A stretch of DNA of 64,000 bases from Candidatus Magasanikiibacteriota bacterium (lineage in GTDB: Bacteria > Patescibacteriota > Patescibacteriia > Magasanikbacterales > 2-02-FULL-50-9b), in the NCBI GenBank assembly GCA_903893485.1, contig CAITMK010000003.1:9922-73921 (forward strand), read 5' to 3'. The stretch's first letter is position 1, and the number at the start of each line of letters is the position of its first letter. Position numbers and translations under genes: made by a program. The notes below the pieces were generated by a model, which made no database searches, was not told the origin of the DNA, and saw nothing but the letters and a program-made list of their open reading frames with translations. Below, in pieces: positions 37,350 to 47,596 of the stretch.

Positions 37350-38099
37350 ATGCAATCACTTCCAAGTTTCATTTCTCTCTTAGAAAGCACATGGGCAGAA
37401 TATCAAAACCGCTCCAAAAGTTTGTCCAAATTTATTTTGTGGATTATCCCAATTTTTGCAGTCTGTTTTTTTGGATTTGCAACTTTTTTTGGCTCATTTG
37501 CACTTGGGATGCTTCAGCAGTCCAAAGCGATAATTTGGGCAGGGATTGCAATCGGTGCAGTAATTACCCTAATCGGATTACTGTTTGCCCTATGGTTTAC
37601 GTTTGCCTTTAAAGCAATCGTTATCAAACCTGAAACGCCAGCTAAAGGGGTGTGGCGCGCAACTGCCCCACGACTTCTTGGATACCTTGGCCTGGTAATT
37701 TTAACTAATCTTATTTTGCTTGGTGGTTTTATTTTATTTGTTATCCCGGCGATTCTGTTTCATGTGTGGTTTGTTTTTGCACCACAATATTTTGTACTTG
37801 GCAGTGGTATTACCGAATCACTTAAAAAAAGTAAGGCGCTGTGCGAAAACCGTTGGTGGAATGTAGCGCTTATGCTCATGGGATCGTACATCTGCGTTGC
37901 AGTACCGCTCAACATTGCGCAGTATGTTGTAAAATATATTCCTCATTTTGCAGGAATCGGTTCGTTCCTCGTCAATATCGTTTCAATTTTTGTTGGCATG
38001 CCCGTGCTTCTTATTTTCATCAGAAAATTACGCGAATCAGTTGAAGAAGCAAACGTGTCAACCAATGCGAACACTACCATCCCCGAACAGATCGGTTAG
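37350..38099 (+). CDS. hypothetical polytopic membrane protein
   Basis: 249 aa, six or more TM segments; its 3' end overlaps the convergent dnaE stop by 42 nt. Confidence 0.6.
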   Translation: MQSLPSFISLLESTWAEYQNRSKSLSKFILWIIPIFAVCFFGFATFFGSFALGMLQQSKAIIWAGIAIGAVITLIGLLFALWFTFAFKAIVIKPETPAKGVWRATAPRLLGYLGLVILTNLILLGGFILFVIPAILFHVWFVFAPQYFVLGSGITESLKKSKALCENRWWNVALMLMGSYICVAVPLNIAQYVVKYIPHFAGIGSFLVNIVSIFVGMPVLLIFIRKLRESVEEANVSTNANTTIPEQIG

Positions 38100-41000
38100 T
38101 TCTTTGACAAGCGCGTCGGTTGCCCCAACGGCGCGCTCAGTTTCGATGAGATGTCGGCGGCCATTACTTTGCAGCGATACAAATACTCTGGTTGATCCAG
38201 GGTATTTTTGTAATATCGCGGGCATTGCGGCGATTTGATCTGGCGATGCTTCTGGCGGCACGGTAATTAAAATTTGATCTGGCGCGGCGACCGATGCGAT
38301 TTGCGCCGTGGCTGATACTGCCGCGGCCGGCGCTGATGCACGTGGGGTATGCGGTGCACTTGATCCGTCAGTTTGTTTTTTTTGCCCGCCAAATTTATCC
38401 ATGAATGCACTGCGACTTTTTTGTTTTGCTAATGATTCTTGAATTTGTTTTTTTATTTCTTCAATCGTTTCTAATTCAAGTGGCCCCGCGTTTTCGATAA
38501 AAACTTTATTGTCGCCCGACTCTTTTGATTTGCGCCCCGTTGCCCAAATGCACGTACCTGAAACCCAAACGCTTTCTGTTTTTGCAAATGTTTTTGGAAA
38601 CACCATAATTTCGGTGCCACCACTTAAGTCTTCCATTTTTACATTCATCATTGCCTCACGATTTTTAGTCCACTTTTTCTTGGCTTCGGTAATGAGACCT
38701 GCGATAATCACGTGACCACCGGCTGGCTCGGCATCGATGTGCGCAATTTCCATGCACACGCCGCGCATTGGCTCTGCAAAATTTTCGAATGGATGTGCGG
38801 TAATATATAACCCAATCAAATCTTTTTCCCACTGCAAACGCTGCGGCAGTGGAACTTCCTCGGCGGGTACTAATTGCAACGTGGCACCACCAAGCGCGCC
38901 AAATAATGACCCCTGATTACTATCTTTTGACGCAATAATTTCGCGCGAAAAAGATTGCATACGTTCGACGTTTGCCAAAAGCACACCGCGCTCGCCCCAC
39001 ATGTCGAGTGCGCCACATTTAATTAAACTTTCCAACGATTTTTTATTTAAATCCTTATCTTGCACGCGCTCCAAAAAATTACTGAGCGACGTAAATGGAC
39101 CACCCGCATTTCGCGTTGCAATAATAACTTCCGTAATATGCGCACCGACATTTTTTACCGCTGACAAGCCAAAGCGAATAATTTCAGTACCTGCATCATT
39201 TTTTTGCACCGAAAATTTTTCAAAACTTTCGTTTACATTTGGTGGCAGCACTTCAATTCCCATGCGCGTTGTTTCGTGCACGATGTCGGTAAGCTTATCA
39301 AGGTCATCGCTTTCAGCTGAAAGCACCGCGCACATATACACCGCCGGATAATTCGCCTTAAGGTACGCCGTTTGATATGCAACCACCGCATAACTTGCCG
39401 CATGCGCGCGACCAAAACCATACGCTGCAAACGGTTCAATAAGATGCCACAAAATTTCAACTTTATCTTCAGTCATGCCGCCATCGATTGCACCCTTAAA
39501 AAACTTTTCTTTCTGACGTGCCATTTCTTCTGGGATTTTTTTACCCATTGCTTTACGAAATTTATCTACTTCTTCCCAGTTGTATCCGGCGATCGTAATT
39601 GCGGTTAATAAAACGTCATCTTGATACGTTAAAATACCAAACGACTGATCCAAAATTGGTTTGAGGCGATCATCCAAATACGTAACCAGCGCGGGATTAT
39701 GTTTGCGTTTAATGTATTCCGGAATCGATTCCATCGGGCCCGGACGAAAAAGTGCCACCATCGCCATGATATCAAAAATAGTTGTTGGCTTGAGTTCTTT
39801 TAGGTAGCGCGTCATGCCGCCGCCAGACAATTGAAATACGCCGCCCGTTTCACCACGCGCTAACATTTCGTAAGTTTTTTTATCGTCCCACGGAATTTTT
39901 TGCAGATCAATTTTCACGCCGTAATGTTTTTCGATCAACACAATTGCGTTTCCCAAAATTGATAAGTTACGAATACCCAAGAAATCCATTTTAAGCACGC
40001 CCGCTTTTTCAACGGCATGCATTTCGTATTGCGTGGTTAAATGCGTGCCGCCGACTTCAAGCTGCACGGGCGTAAATTCGGTGAGTGGCTCCGGAGAAAT
40101 CACCACGCCCGCCGCATGAATTGATGTGTGGCGCGCGTTGCCTTCAATTTTTTGTGCAATGTCGAGCAAGCGATGCACCTCATCTTGTTCATCGTACGCT
40201 TTTTTCAATTCAGTTGATTCGGTTAGTGCACGCGCAATGGTCATTGGCATGCCTTGCGCACCAAACGGAATTGATTTTGAAACGCGATCACAAAAACCAT
40301 ACGAGTAGCCCAGCGCGCGACCCGCATCGCGCACACTGGCGCGCGCGGCCATGGTTCCAAAAGTTACAATTTGCGCCACACGATCACGACCATATTTTTC
40401 GGTCACATACGCGATCACTTCTTCACGGCGGTCATCGGCAAAATCGCCGTCCACATCAGGTGGCGATGGACGAAATGGATTCAAAAAACGTTCGAACGGT
40501 AATTTAAAATAAAGAGGATTCACCGAAACAATACCAATAGAATATGAAACCAGTGAACCCGCAGCGGATCCACGAGTCGTGGTTACAATACCGTGATCGC
40601 GTGCCCATTGAATATAATCTGCAACAGCCAAAAAGTACGGTGCATAACCTTTTGTTTGAATAATTCCTAATTCGTATTCCAAACGTTCCGTAATTTCAGG
40701 TGTAATTTCGGGAAGTAGTTTTGCGATACCGCGCATCGTGTCGGCGCGCAAAATATCATCGTATGTTTCATCGGGCTTTTTTTCAACCAATGGAAAGTGC
40801 CATTGATTAAGTGGAATTTCCACGTTGATGCGCTCTGCGATTTTAACCGTATTCGCCAGCGCTTCTGGCACATGGCGCCAGCGGGATTCGATTTGTTCTG
40901 GCGTGCTAAGCGAGCGATCAATATCAACCAGTGATTCACCACGATGATCGTGAACTGTTTTTCCGAGTCCAATACATTCAGTAATTTCACACGCTTCAGC

Positions 41001-41639
41001 GTCGGACTCTTCAATGTAATGTACATCACGCGTCACAACCAGCGGCAAACCGGTTGCCGCGGCAATTGTTTGCAGTCCTTCGTTCACTTGAAACTGCCCT
41101 TGCACATCCGGATGATCTTGCAATTCCAAATAAAAATTATTTGGCCCAAATAATTCTGAATATTCGCGCGCAACTTTTTCGGCGCGCGCCACGTCGCCAG
41201 ACAAAATAATTTGCGCGAGTTCACCCTGCTTGCAACCAGACAGCGCAATCATGCCTTCGTGAAATTCTGCCAACAATTTTTTATCAGCGCGCGGCAAATC
41301 ATCATGCAGCCCTTCCAGCGCTGCGCGTGAAATCAAACGCATCAAATTTTGATAGCCATGAAAATTTTCGGCAAGCAATACAAGGTGGTATGGTTTTGGC
41401 TGATCGCCGCTGGTATCAAACCGATCGCGCACCAAATAAATTTCACAACCAATAATAGGTTTAATTCCTTTTTTCTTACACGTCTCGTAAAATTCGATGG
41501 CGCCATACAAAACGCCCAAATCAGTAAGCGCAACCGCGTCCATCCCCTGATTCTTAATAGCAGAAATAAGCGCGTCCACCTGAGGAAGCGCCTTAAGCAA
41601 TGAAAAATGTGAATGGGTGTGGAGGTGGACAAAGCCCAT
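38058..41639 (-). CDS. dnaE: DNA polymerase III alpha subunit
   Basis: 1193 aa; N-terminal PHP motifs (HLHTHSHFSLL), polymerase core and C-terminal OB region. Confidence 0.95.
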   Translation of the reverse strand: MGFVHLHTHSHFSLLKALPQVDALISAIKNQGMDAVALTDLGVLYGAIEFYETCKKKGIKPIIGCEIYLVRDRFDTSGDQPKPYHLVLLAENFHGYQNLMRLISRAALEGLHDDLPRADKKLLAEFHEGMIALSGCKQGELAQIILSGDVARAEKVAREYSELFGPNNFYLELQDHPDVQGQFQVNEGLQTIAAATGLPLVVTRDVHYIEESDAEACEITECIGLGKTVHDHRGESLVDIDRSLSTPEQIESRWRHVPEALANTVKIAERINVEIPLNQWHFPLVEKKPDETYDDILRADTMRGIAKLLPEITPEITERLEYELGIIQTKGYAPYFLAVADYIQWARDHGIVTTTRGSAAGSLVSYSIGIVSVNPLYFKLPFERFLNPFRPSPPDVDGDFADDRREEVIAYVTEKYGRDRVAQIVTFGTMAARASVRDAGRALGYSYGFCDRVSKSIPFGAQGMPMTIARALTESTELKKAYDEQDEVHRLLDIAQKIEGNARHTSIHAAGVVISPEPLTEFTPVQLEVGGTHLTTQYEMHAVEKAGVLKMDFLGIRNLSILGNAIVLIEKHYGVKIDLQKIPWDDKKTYEMLARGETGGVFQLSGGGMTRYLKELKPTTIFDIMAMVALFRPGPMESIPEYIKRKHNPALVTYLDDRLKPILDQSFGILTYQDDVLLTAITIAGYNWEEVDKFRKAMGKKIPEEMARQKEKFFKGAIDGGMTEDKVEILWHLIEPFAAYGFGRAHAASYAVVAYQTAYLKANYPAVYMCAVLSAESDDLDKLTDIVHETTRMGIEVLPPNVNESFEKFSVQKNDAGTEIIRFGLSAVKNVGAHITEVIIATRNAGGPFTSLSNFLERVQDKDLNKKSLESLIKCGALDMWGERGVLLANVERMQSFSREIIASKDSNQGSLFGALGGATLQLVPAEEVPLPQRLQWEKDLIGLYITAHPFENFAEPMRGVCMEIAHIDAEPAGGHVIIAGLITEAKKKWTKNREAMMNVKMEDLSGGTEIMVFPKTFAKTESVWVSGTCIWATGRKSKESGDNKVFIENAGPLELETIEEIKKQIQESLAKQKSRSAFMDKFGGQKKQTDGSSAPHTPRASAPAAAVSATAQIASVAAPDQILITVPPEASPDQIAAMPAILQKYPGSTRVFVSLQSNGRRHLIETERAVGATDALVKELTDLFGDGSVRIG

Positions 41640-41678
41640 AGTAACCGGATTTTACCTTGTCTACTAATAAATTACAAC

Positions 41679-41720
41679 TAAAAAAGCCGGGCGCTGAAAA
41701 CTAGGCCCGGCTTTGATTTT
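41679..41720. terminator. bidirectional intrinsic terminator
   Basis: A-run, agccgggc-gctgaaaactag-gcccggct hairpin, T-run. Confidence 0.6.
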
Positions 41721-41726
41721 AGTACT

Positions 41727-42071
41727 TTATTTAAGCAAATGCTTTACCGCCTTTTTTGCTTTTTTCTGAGCAACCTTGAGACCCTGGCGGCCTTCGGTTT
41801 CCATTGATTCGCTCATGAGTTTGCCGGTAACCAATTTAAGGCCGTCCATGACAAAACCAACGCCCGCACCAACGAGTTCCAATTTGTCGCGGATGTAACC
41901 AACCGATTCGTTAAGTTCATGCATTTTTTCTTGCACTTCTTCAACGATGCCATTGGCATGTTTTAAAATTTGTGTGGCGTAATAAAGAAGCCACGAGAGA
42001 AACAACGCAACCCACAGGACCGAGAAAGCGATCACGAGGTTAAGGATATCACGACTGTCTGTAATGTTCAT
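41727..42071 (-). CDS. hypothetical small membrane-anchored protein
   Basis: 114 aa, single N-terminal TM, ATG start. Confidence 0.55.
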   Translation of the reverse strand: MNITDSRDILNLVIAFSVLWVALFLSWLLYYATQILKHANGIVEEVQEKMHELNESVGYIRDKLELVGAGVGFVMDGLKLVTGKLMSESMETEGRQGLKVAQKKAKKAVKHLLK

Positions 42072-42109
42072 AAAATAAATGAGCTAAAGATCTTGATGAA
42101 ATTAGTATA

Positions 42110-42862
42110 TCACATTTTTTCTTCTGGCCAAAATCCCATTCGCTCAATGTTGTCCACATACTGCTTGGTGTAATATTTTCCATCGATGCGACGTTGGCCG
42201 TCGGCAATAAAAACCGCTTCAACCACAACCAATACTGCCAGTGCGATAAGTGCTGCTGCGAGCCGGCCGCCAAGCGAATCGGCAAAACCAACCGTGGTGA
42301 GCATGATTACCGCGCCACCAAGCGTAAGCAAAACACCTGCATTCCACGTGCCCATACGCTGCACGCGCATAGCGTGAATGCGTTGACGCGCTTCGGTTGC
42401 CTGCCCCGAAATCGTCATGAGTTCTGCAAACAATAATTTTCCCTTTTCGCTTGCAATCGTGTCGAATCCATACAACTGCTGCGTAATGCGGCGAAACATT
42501 TCATTCGTGTCATCGTATTGTTTAAATGGAATCACTTCGAACGCATGCAAATACGATTCAATCGCTTCGCGCACCAAATCGAACCAAGGAATTTGTTTTT
42601 CGGCGCGTGAAAATGCGCGTGCCAAATGATGAATGCGGCGCAGTTTATTTAATTCAACCGAAACCGCATCGGCAAGAGCTGCGGCACGATCGATTGCTTT
42701 GGACATAAGCAGCGTTGCAAAACCTGCAAACGATGCACCAACAATAATTGCCGCAAACGCGCACGATGCATTTTCCTGGCCCGGCGTAATAAAAGCGATC
42801 ACCACCGCAACGATTGCCAATACGGTTGTGTGAACGATAAAGGAAAGTGTGTGTTTAAACAT
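42110..42862 (-). CDS. hypothetical membrane protein
   Basis: 250 aa; hydrophobic segments at both termini. Confidence 0.55.
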   Translation of the reverse strand: MFKHTLSFIVHTTVLAIVAVVIAFITPGQENASCAFAAIIVGASFAGFATLLMSKAIDRAAALADAVSVELNKLRRIHHLARAFSRAEKQIPWFDLVREAIESYLHAFEVIPFKQYDDTNEMFRRITQQLYGFDTIASEKGKLLFAELMTISGQATEARQRIHAMRVQRMGTWNAGVLLTLGGAVIMLTTVGFADSLGGRLAAALIALAVLVVVEAVFIADGQRRIDGKYYTKQYVDNIERMGFWPEEKM

Positions 42863-42888
42863 AAGAAGAACAATATGAATTTAGTATA

Positions 42889-44661
42889 TCACGCCGCTGG
42901 TTTTTCTTTGAATCCCCCGGCCTGAATTTTCCAAAGCCGTTTGTATTTTCCTGCCCGTTTATAAAGCTCATCGTGCGTGCCTTCGTCAACAATATGCCCG
43001 TCTTCTACCACCAATATACGGTCCATTTGCATGATCGTCGAAAGACGATGCGCAATCACAATAACGGTTTTATCTTTCATTAGCTGTACCAGTGCATCTT
43101 GAATAAATTGTTCCGATTCAGAATCCAAACTTGATGTCGCCTCGTCGAGCACCAAGATCGGTGCATTTTTTAAAATCGCACGCGCGATTGCAACACGCTG
43201 CCGTTCACCACCAGATAATTTTACGCCGCGCTCACCAACCAGCGTGTCATACCCTTTTTCAAGGCCCGTAATAAATTCGTGGCAATACGCTTTTTTTGCA
43301 GCCGCTATCACCTCTTCATCGGTTGCCCCACGCTTACCGTATCGAATATTTTCCATGAGCGATCGATGAAATAAAATTGGATCTTGTGGCACGAGTGAAA
43401 TTGCATTTCGTAGCGACGAGAGTTGTACTTTAGAAATATCCTGACCATCGATGGTAATCATGCCGCGCTGTATATCAAAGTAGCGCAATAATATTTTTAT
43501 GACCGTTGTCTTCCCTGCGCCGCTCGATCCAACAAACGCAATTTTTTCTTTTGAGCGAGACGAGAATGACATATCACGAACAATTGGTGCCGCGCTACTG
43601 TAGCCGAATGTCACCGCGTGAAATGCAATTTGCGCATCAGAAATATTTAGTGGCTGCGCGCGTGGCGCATCCACAATTTCGTGCGGCTCTAATAATATTT
43701 CCACGGTTTCTTTTGCATCTGCAAAACCTTCGTACAGGCCACGGAGCACACGGCCAAAACCCCACAGCGATCCAATAATTGATACCAGCGCCGACTGAAT
43801 CAACGCAAAATCACCAAGCGTTAATTTACCCGCAACATAAAATGTGATCGCCGTGGTAATACAAAAATATTCAAGCGCAAGCATGAGGAGCACCTGAACC
43901 GCGGTATTTAATTCGCCCAAACCCCACGTCAGCGTATAAATTTTTCGAAGCCGTTCATGCGCCGCTTTCATTGCTGATCGTTCAAAATCAAATCCGCTAA
44001 ATTGCTGGATCGTGAGGCTGTTAGAAAAGGCATCTGCTATTTTTCCAGAAACTTCAGATTCGATATCAGCGCGCTTGGTGTCTTGCGGCAACTTCCAATA
44101 TGAAAATAAAAAATTTGCCACCACAAATATAATTACCCACACACCTAAAATTAGGGCGAGCCGTGGCTGACGCAAATAAAATATATACAAACTCCCGGCA
44201 ACTAATATCGTAGAATCCATGAGATCCCAAAATAATCGGTCCGCCACATTTTCAAACGATCGCCCAAATCGACTCACGCGACGCACCAAAGATCCCGCAA
44301 ACGAATTAGAAAAAAACCGATACGAGTGCTGTAAAATATGTTCAAACGCCGTCTGATCAAGTTCGGTCATGACGTACGGCTGAAAATACACATTAATGAC
44401 CGATGCTGTTCTATAAAAAATAAACTTCGCGAAATTCCAGAGCATTACCATTCCCCACGCATAGATGAGTGCCCGTGCCAAATCAGCGGGCGCGGCAAAA
44501 TGCTGCGTAAATAAATCAAAAAATTTTTTTAGATACCATGGAATGATGATGTTGGTCACCGATGCTGCAATTGCCGTAATTAAAAAACCAAAAAAAAGAA
44601 TTTTATGCCGCGCAACATGCTGCCAATAAATTTTGAGGATCTGCCGAATCGTGACCTTCAT
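42889..44661 (-). CDS. ABC transporter ATP-binding/permease protein (MsbA/lipid-exporter-like)
   Basis: Six-TM N-terminal domain; Walker A GSSGAGKTT, signature LSGGERQRVAIARA, Walker B ILVLDEATS. Confidence 0.9.
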   Translation of the reverse strand: MKVTIRQILKIYWQHVARHKILFFGFLITAIAASVTNIIIPWYLKKFFDLFTQHFAAPADLARALIYAWGMVMLWNFAKFIFYRTASVINVYFQPYVMTELDQTAFEHILQHSYRFFSNSFAGSLVRRVSRFGRSFENVADRLFWDLMDSTILVAGSLYIFYLRQPRLALILGVWVIIFVVANFLFSYWKLPQDTKRADIESEVSGKIADAFSNSLTIQQFSGFDFERSAMKAAHERLRKIYTLTWGLGELNTAVQVLLMLALEYFCITTAITFYVAGKLTLGDFALIQSALVSIIGSLWGFGRVLRGLYEGFADAKETVEILLEPHEIVDAPRAQPLNISDAQIAFHAVTFGYSSAAPIVRDMSFSSRSKEKIAFVGSSGAGKTTVIKILLRYFDIQRGMITIDGQDISKVQLSSLRNAISLVPQDPILFHRSLMENIRYGKRGATDEEVIAAAKKAYCHEFITGLEKGYDTLVGERGVKLSGGERQRVAIARAILKNAPILVLDEATSSLDSESEQFIQDALVQLMKDKTVIVIAHRLSTIMQMDRILVVEDGHIVDEGTHDELYKRAGKYKRLWKIQAGGFKEKPAA

Positions 44662-44682
44662 AGGGCCACTAGTATAGCACGA

Positions 44683-45774
44683 TTACTTCACTAAATGAAT
44701 CACGTCGCGCACCGTCACCACAATTACCAGCGCCATTAAAAGTGCAAATCCAATAAGATGCGCTGCCTGCTCCACACCATCTTTCATACGTTTGCCAAAA
44801 AATTTCTGAAGGACTACAAAAAGTGCGCGCCCACCATCGAGTGCAGGAAACGGCAACACATTAAGCACACCCAAATTAATGGACAAAATCGCCATGAGCT
44901 GCAAAAGCGGTGTAATGCCGGTGCGCGCAACCTGGCCAGTAATTTGTGCAATACCAACCGGGCCGGCAACATCCGCACCAACTTTGCCGGATTTAAATAA
45001 TGTCTTAATTAAATCACCAAGTGCGCGAAAAATCATCGTCGCGGTTCCTGCGGTGTCCAACGCGGCAATATGTACCGCAGCGCCAACAGGATATTTTTGA
45101 AATGCCATATCCGTCATGCGTACCCCAATACCATGAACCCCTTCAGGCAGATCAACGGCGCGCATGTGTAATTCTTTTTTTTCGGCGCCGCGTGCAACCG
45201 TTACAATAATTTCGTCAGCACCATGTAATTTCAAATTGGTAACCGCATCTGCGGCAGCAGAAATTGTCACGCCATTTATTGCGACGATTTGATCACCTGC
45301 TAATACGCCAGCAGCTCCCGCAGGGCTACCAACCAATGCGTCCGTAACAATCGCACGCTGATTTGAAAGCTGCGCACCAACGCCCGCAAATGCCACGGGC
45401 GCATCCATACCGCGCAAATACACAATGGTAAATAATAAAAATCCAACCACGAAATTCATGAACACACCGGCAAATAAAATCGCCAGGCGTTGCCACATCG
45501 GTTTATGTCCAAAACTATCAACGTCATTTTTTTCACTTCCATCTTCACCTTTTAATCGCACAAAGCCGCCGAGCGGAATCCAATTTGCGGTATATTCGGT
45601 ACCAGATTTTTTACTTTTCCATGCCGCGATACGCGGTGGAAATCCAAAACCAAATTCATGAACTTTCACCCCGCAGCGGCGTGCCACAAAAAAATGACCC
45701 CATTCGTGCGCAATCACAAGTACAAATAAAACACCAATAAAAATGAGGGCCGTAACCAGTGCGTGTAAAAACAT
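44683..45774 (-). CDS. rseP: RIP metalloprotease RseP (site-2 protease, M50, with PDZ domain)
   Basis: HEWGH HExxH in TM1, a PDZ region, and a C-terminal LDGG motif. Confidence 0.85.
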   Translation of the reverse strand: MFLHALVTALIFIGVLFVLVIAHEWGHFFVARRCGVKVHEFGFGFPPRIAAWKSKKSGTEYTANWIPLGGFVRLKGEDGSEKNDVDSFGHKPMWQRLAILFAGVFMNFVVGFLLFTIVYLRGMDAPVAFAGVGAQLSNQRAIVTDALVGSPAGAAGVLAGDQIVAINGVTISAAADAVTNLKLHGADEIIVTVARGAEKKELHMRAVDLPEGVHGIGVRMTDMAFQKYPVGAAVHIAALDTAGTATMIFRALGDLIKTLFKSGKVGADVAGPVGIAQITGQVARTGITPLLQLMAILSINLGVLNVLPFPALDGGRALFVVLQKFFGKRMKDGVEQAAHLIGFALLMALVIVVTVRDVIHLVK

Positions 45775-45775
45775 A

Positions 45776-47140
45776 TTAATGAAGTGCGCGAGGTGCGTTT
45801 AAAATTGATTCAAATTCTGCGAGATATTTCATGAGCGTTTCTGAGGTGCGTGTTTCCATATTAAGCCGCAAAAATGGTTCAGTATTTGATGGGCGAACAT
45901 TAAACCACCAGTCATGCATCACAAATGAAAGTCCATCCATTTGCAAAACTTCCTGAGCACGGGCTTCGTATGCTTCATGTATTTTTTTAATCGCCCCGGC
46001 ACGATCTTCGACCACATAATTTATTTCGCCGGAATGTGCGTCTTCAAATAATCCAGCGGCTAATTCAGACAACGATTTGCCTTCGGTTTGCAAAAGCTGC
46101 ACAACAAGCAAAAACATATAGTCCGCGCTTTCGACACTAAAAAATTCTTTTGCGTAAAAATGACCGGATAGTTCACCAGCAAACAATGCGTTTTCACGGC
46201 GCATCTGCTCCTTAATGAACGCATGCCCTACCCGACACACACCAGGAATTCCACCAGCTGCGGCAATTACACGACCCACCACGGAACGAGCACGCAGATC
46301 ATATAAAATACGCGCGCCAAGATGTTTCTTTAATAGTTCCCCACTGACCAACGCAAGCAAAATATCCGCACCAACCATCTCACCTTTTTCATTTACAAAA
46401 CCAATTCGATCACCATCACCATCGAATGCAACACCAAACGCGGCGCCGCGCGCCACAACTTCTTTTTTTAAATCCGCAAGTGTCGATTCCTTTAATGGAT
46501 TTGCTTCATGATTTGGAAAGGTGCCATCAGGGTCACCAAACATCACATGCGCCGTGATTGCGGGCACACGCTGTAATAATTTTTGAATCGTCGCACCTTC
46601 CATTCCATTGCCGCAATCAATTACCACGTTCATTGGCGCCGCGTCATTCAAATGCACCAAGCCAGTTACATAATCTAAACTCGGATCGATCGCATCCGCA
46701 TATTCCACGGATCCAGAAATCAAACTTTCCGCAAACATTCCTTTGAGTGCCATTTCTTTAATATCCAAAAGACCTGAATTTTCGCCAACCGGCGATCCTT
46801 CGCTCAAACAAAATTTCATGCCGTTCCATTCTGACGGATTATGCGATGCGGTAACCATAATACCAGCTTCGCGATCCGCATAATTTGCAACTGCAAAATA
46901 CAATGTTGGAGTTGTGACCTGTCCGATATTAATAATTCGCACACCTGCGGCCACTAAAATCTTTTCCACTGCAGCAACGATTTCAATACTCGTCGCTCGC
47001 ATATCAAAACCTAAAACAACCGTCTTAACCGCAAATTTTTCCACAAATGCCCGAGCGATTGCAGCGGCGCCATCTGCATCCCAATCTTTACCGTAAATAC
47101 CACGAATATCGTACGCTTTAAAAACTACCGGAGTAAGCAT
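45776..47140 (-). CDS. phosphohexomutase (phosphomannomutase/phosphoglucomutase family)
   Basis: TASHNP active-site Ser loop, GFDGDGDR metal-binding loop, GELSGH sugar-binding loop. Confidence 0.85.
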   Translation of the reverse strand: MLTPVVFKAYDIRGIYGKDWDADGAAAIARAFVEKFAVKTVVLGFDMRATSIEIVAAVEKILVAAGVRIINIGQVTTPTLYFAVANYADREAGIMVTASHNPSEWNGMKFCLSEGSPVGENSGLLDIKEMALKGMFAESLISGSVEYADAIDPSLDYVTGLVHLNDAAPMNVVIDCGNGMEGATIQKLLQRVPAITAHVMFGDPDGTFPNHEANPLKESTLADLKKEVVARGAAFGVAFDGDGDRIGFVNEKGEMVGADILLALVSGELLKKHLGARILYDLRARSVVGRVIAAAGGIPGVCRVGHAFIKEQMRRENALFAGELSGHFYAKEFFSVESADYMFLLVVQLLQTEGKSLSELAAGLFEDAHSGEINYVVEDRAGAIKKIHEAYEARAQEVLQMDGLSFVMHDWWFNVRPSNTEPFLRLNMETRTSETLMKYLAEFESILNAPRALH

Positions 47141-47189
47141 ATTATTGATGATTGACGGCTTTACCTAAACTGGCTATACTCTTTTATAT

Positions 47190-47567
47190 ATGCCCTTTTC
47201 AGCCGTCTGGCGAGATTATAACATACAACGCGAACGCCGTTACAAAGTTGCCCCCAAATTAATGCATTTGGCGTGGGGTTATTTGGCGGAATACCAAAAA
47301 GAAATGTTACAACTTACCGAAGATTTAGAACGCGCGCACCAGCTCAAAGAATTTGGATTCACCCTGGTGGGCGAGCAATTTGAAGCAGAAAAAAAATTGT
47401 CCAAGGATCTGCGGCAGCTCCTTATTAAATGTCATCATCACCACGCGCTTATTTTAAAAGACGTGTTCCGTGAACATGAGCATGACTTGCTCGATGCCGA
47501 AGCACATTTGCATGTACTTCAAGGACTCGTTATCGGAACAAAGCGCACTGAGTTTTCCCGTTCATAA
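47190..47567 (+). CDS. hypothetical protein
   Basis: 125 aa, ATG start preceded by TTGACG-17-TATACT; His-rich. Confidence 0.5.
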   Translation: MPFSAVWRDYNIQRERRYKVAPKLMHLAWGYLAEYQKEMLQLTEDLERAHQLKEFGFTLVGEQFEAEKKLSKDLRQLLIKCHHHHALILKDVFREHEHDLLDAEAHLHVLQGLVIGTKRTEFSRS

Positions 47568-47596
47568 AAGTCCGCTTAAAATTTAATTCGCAACCT

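Noticed and set aside
35590-37355. 219-aa and 308-aa minus-strand ORFs opposite gpsA and tsaD
   Set aside because: They are antisense to genes with unambiguous motifs and are Ala/Ser/Pro-rich low complexity.
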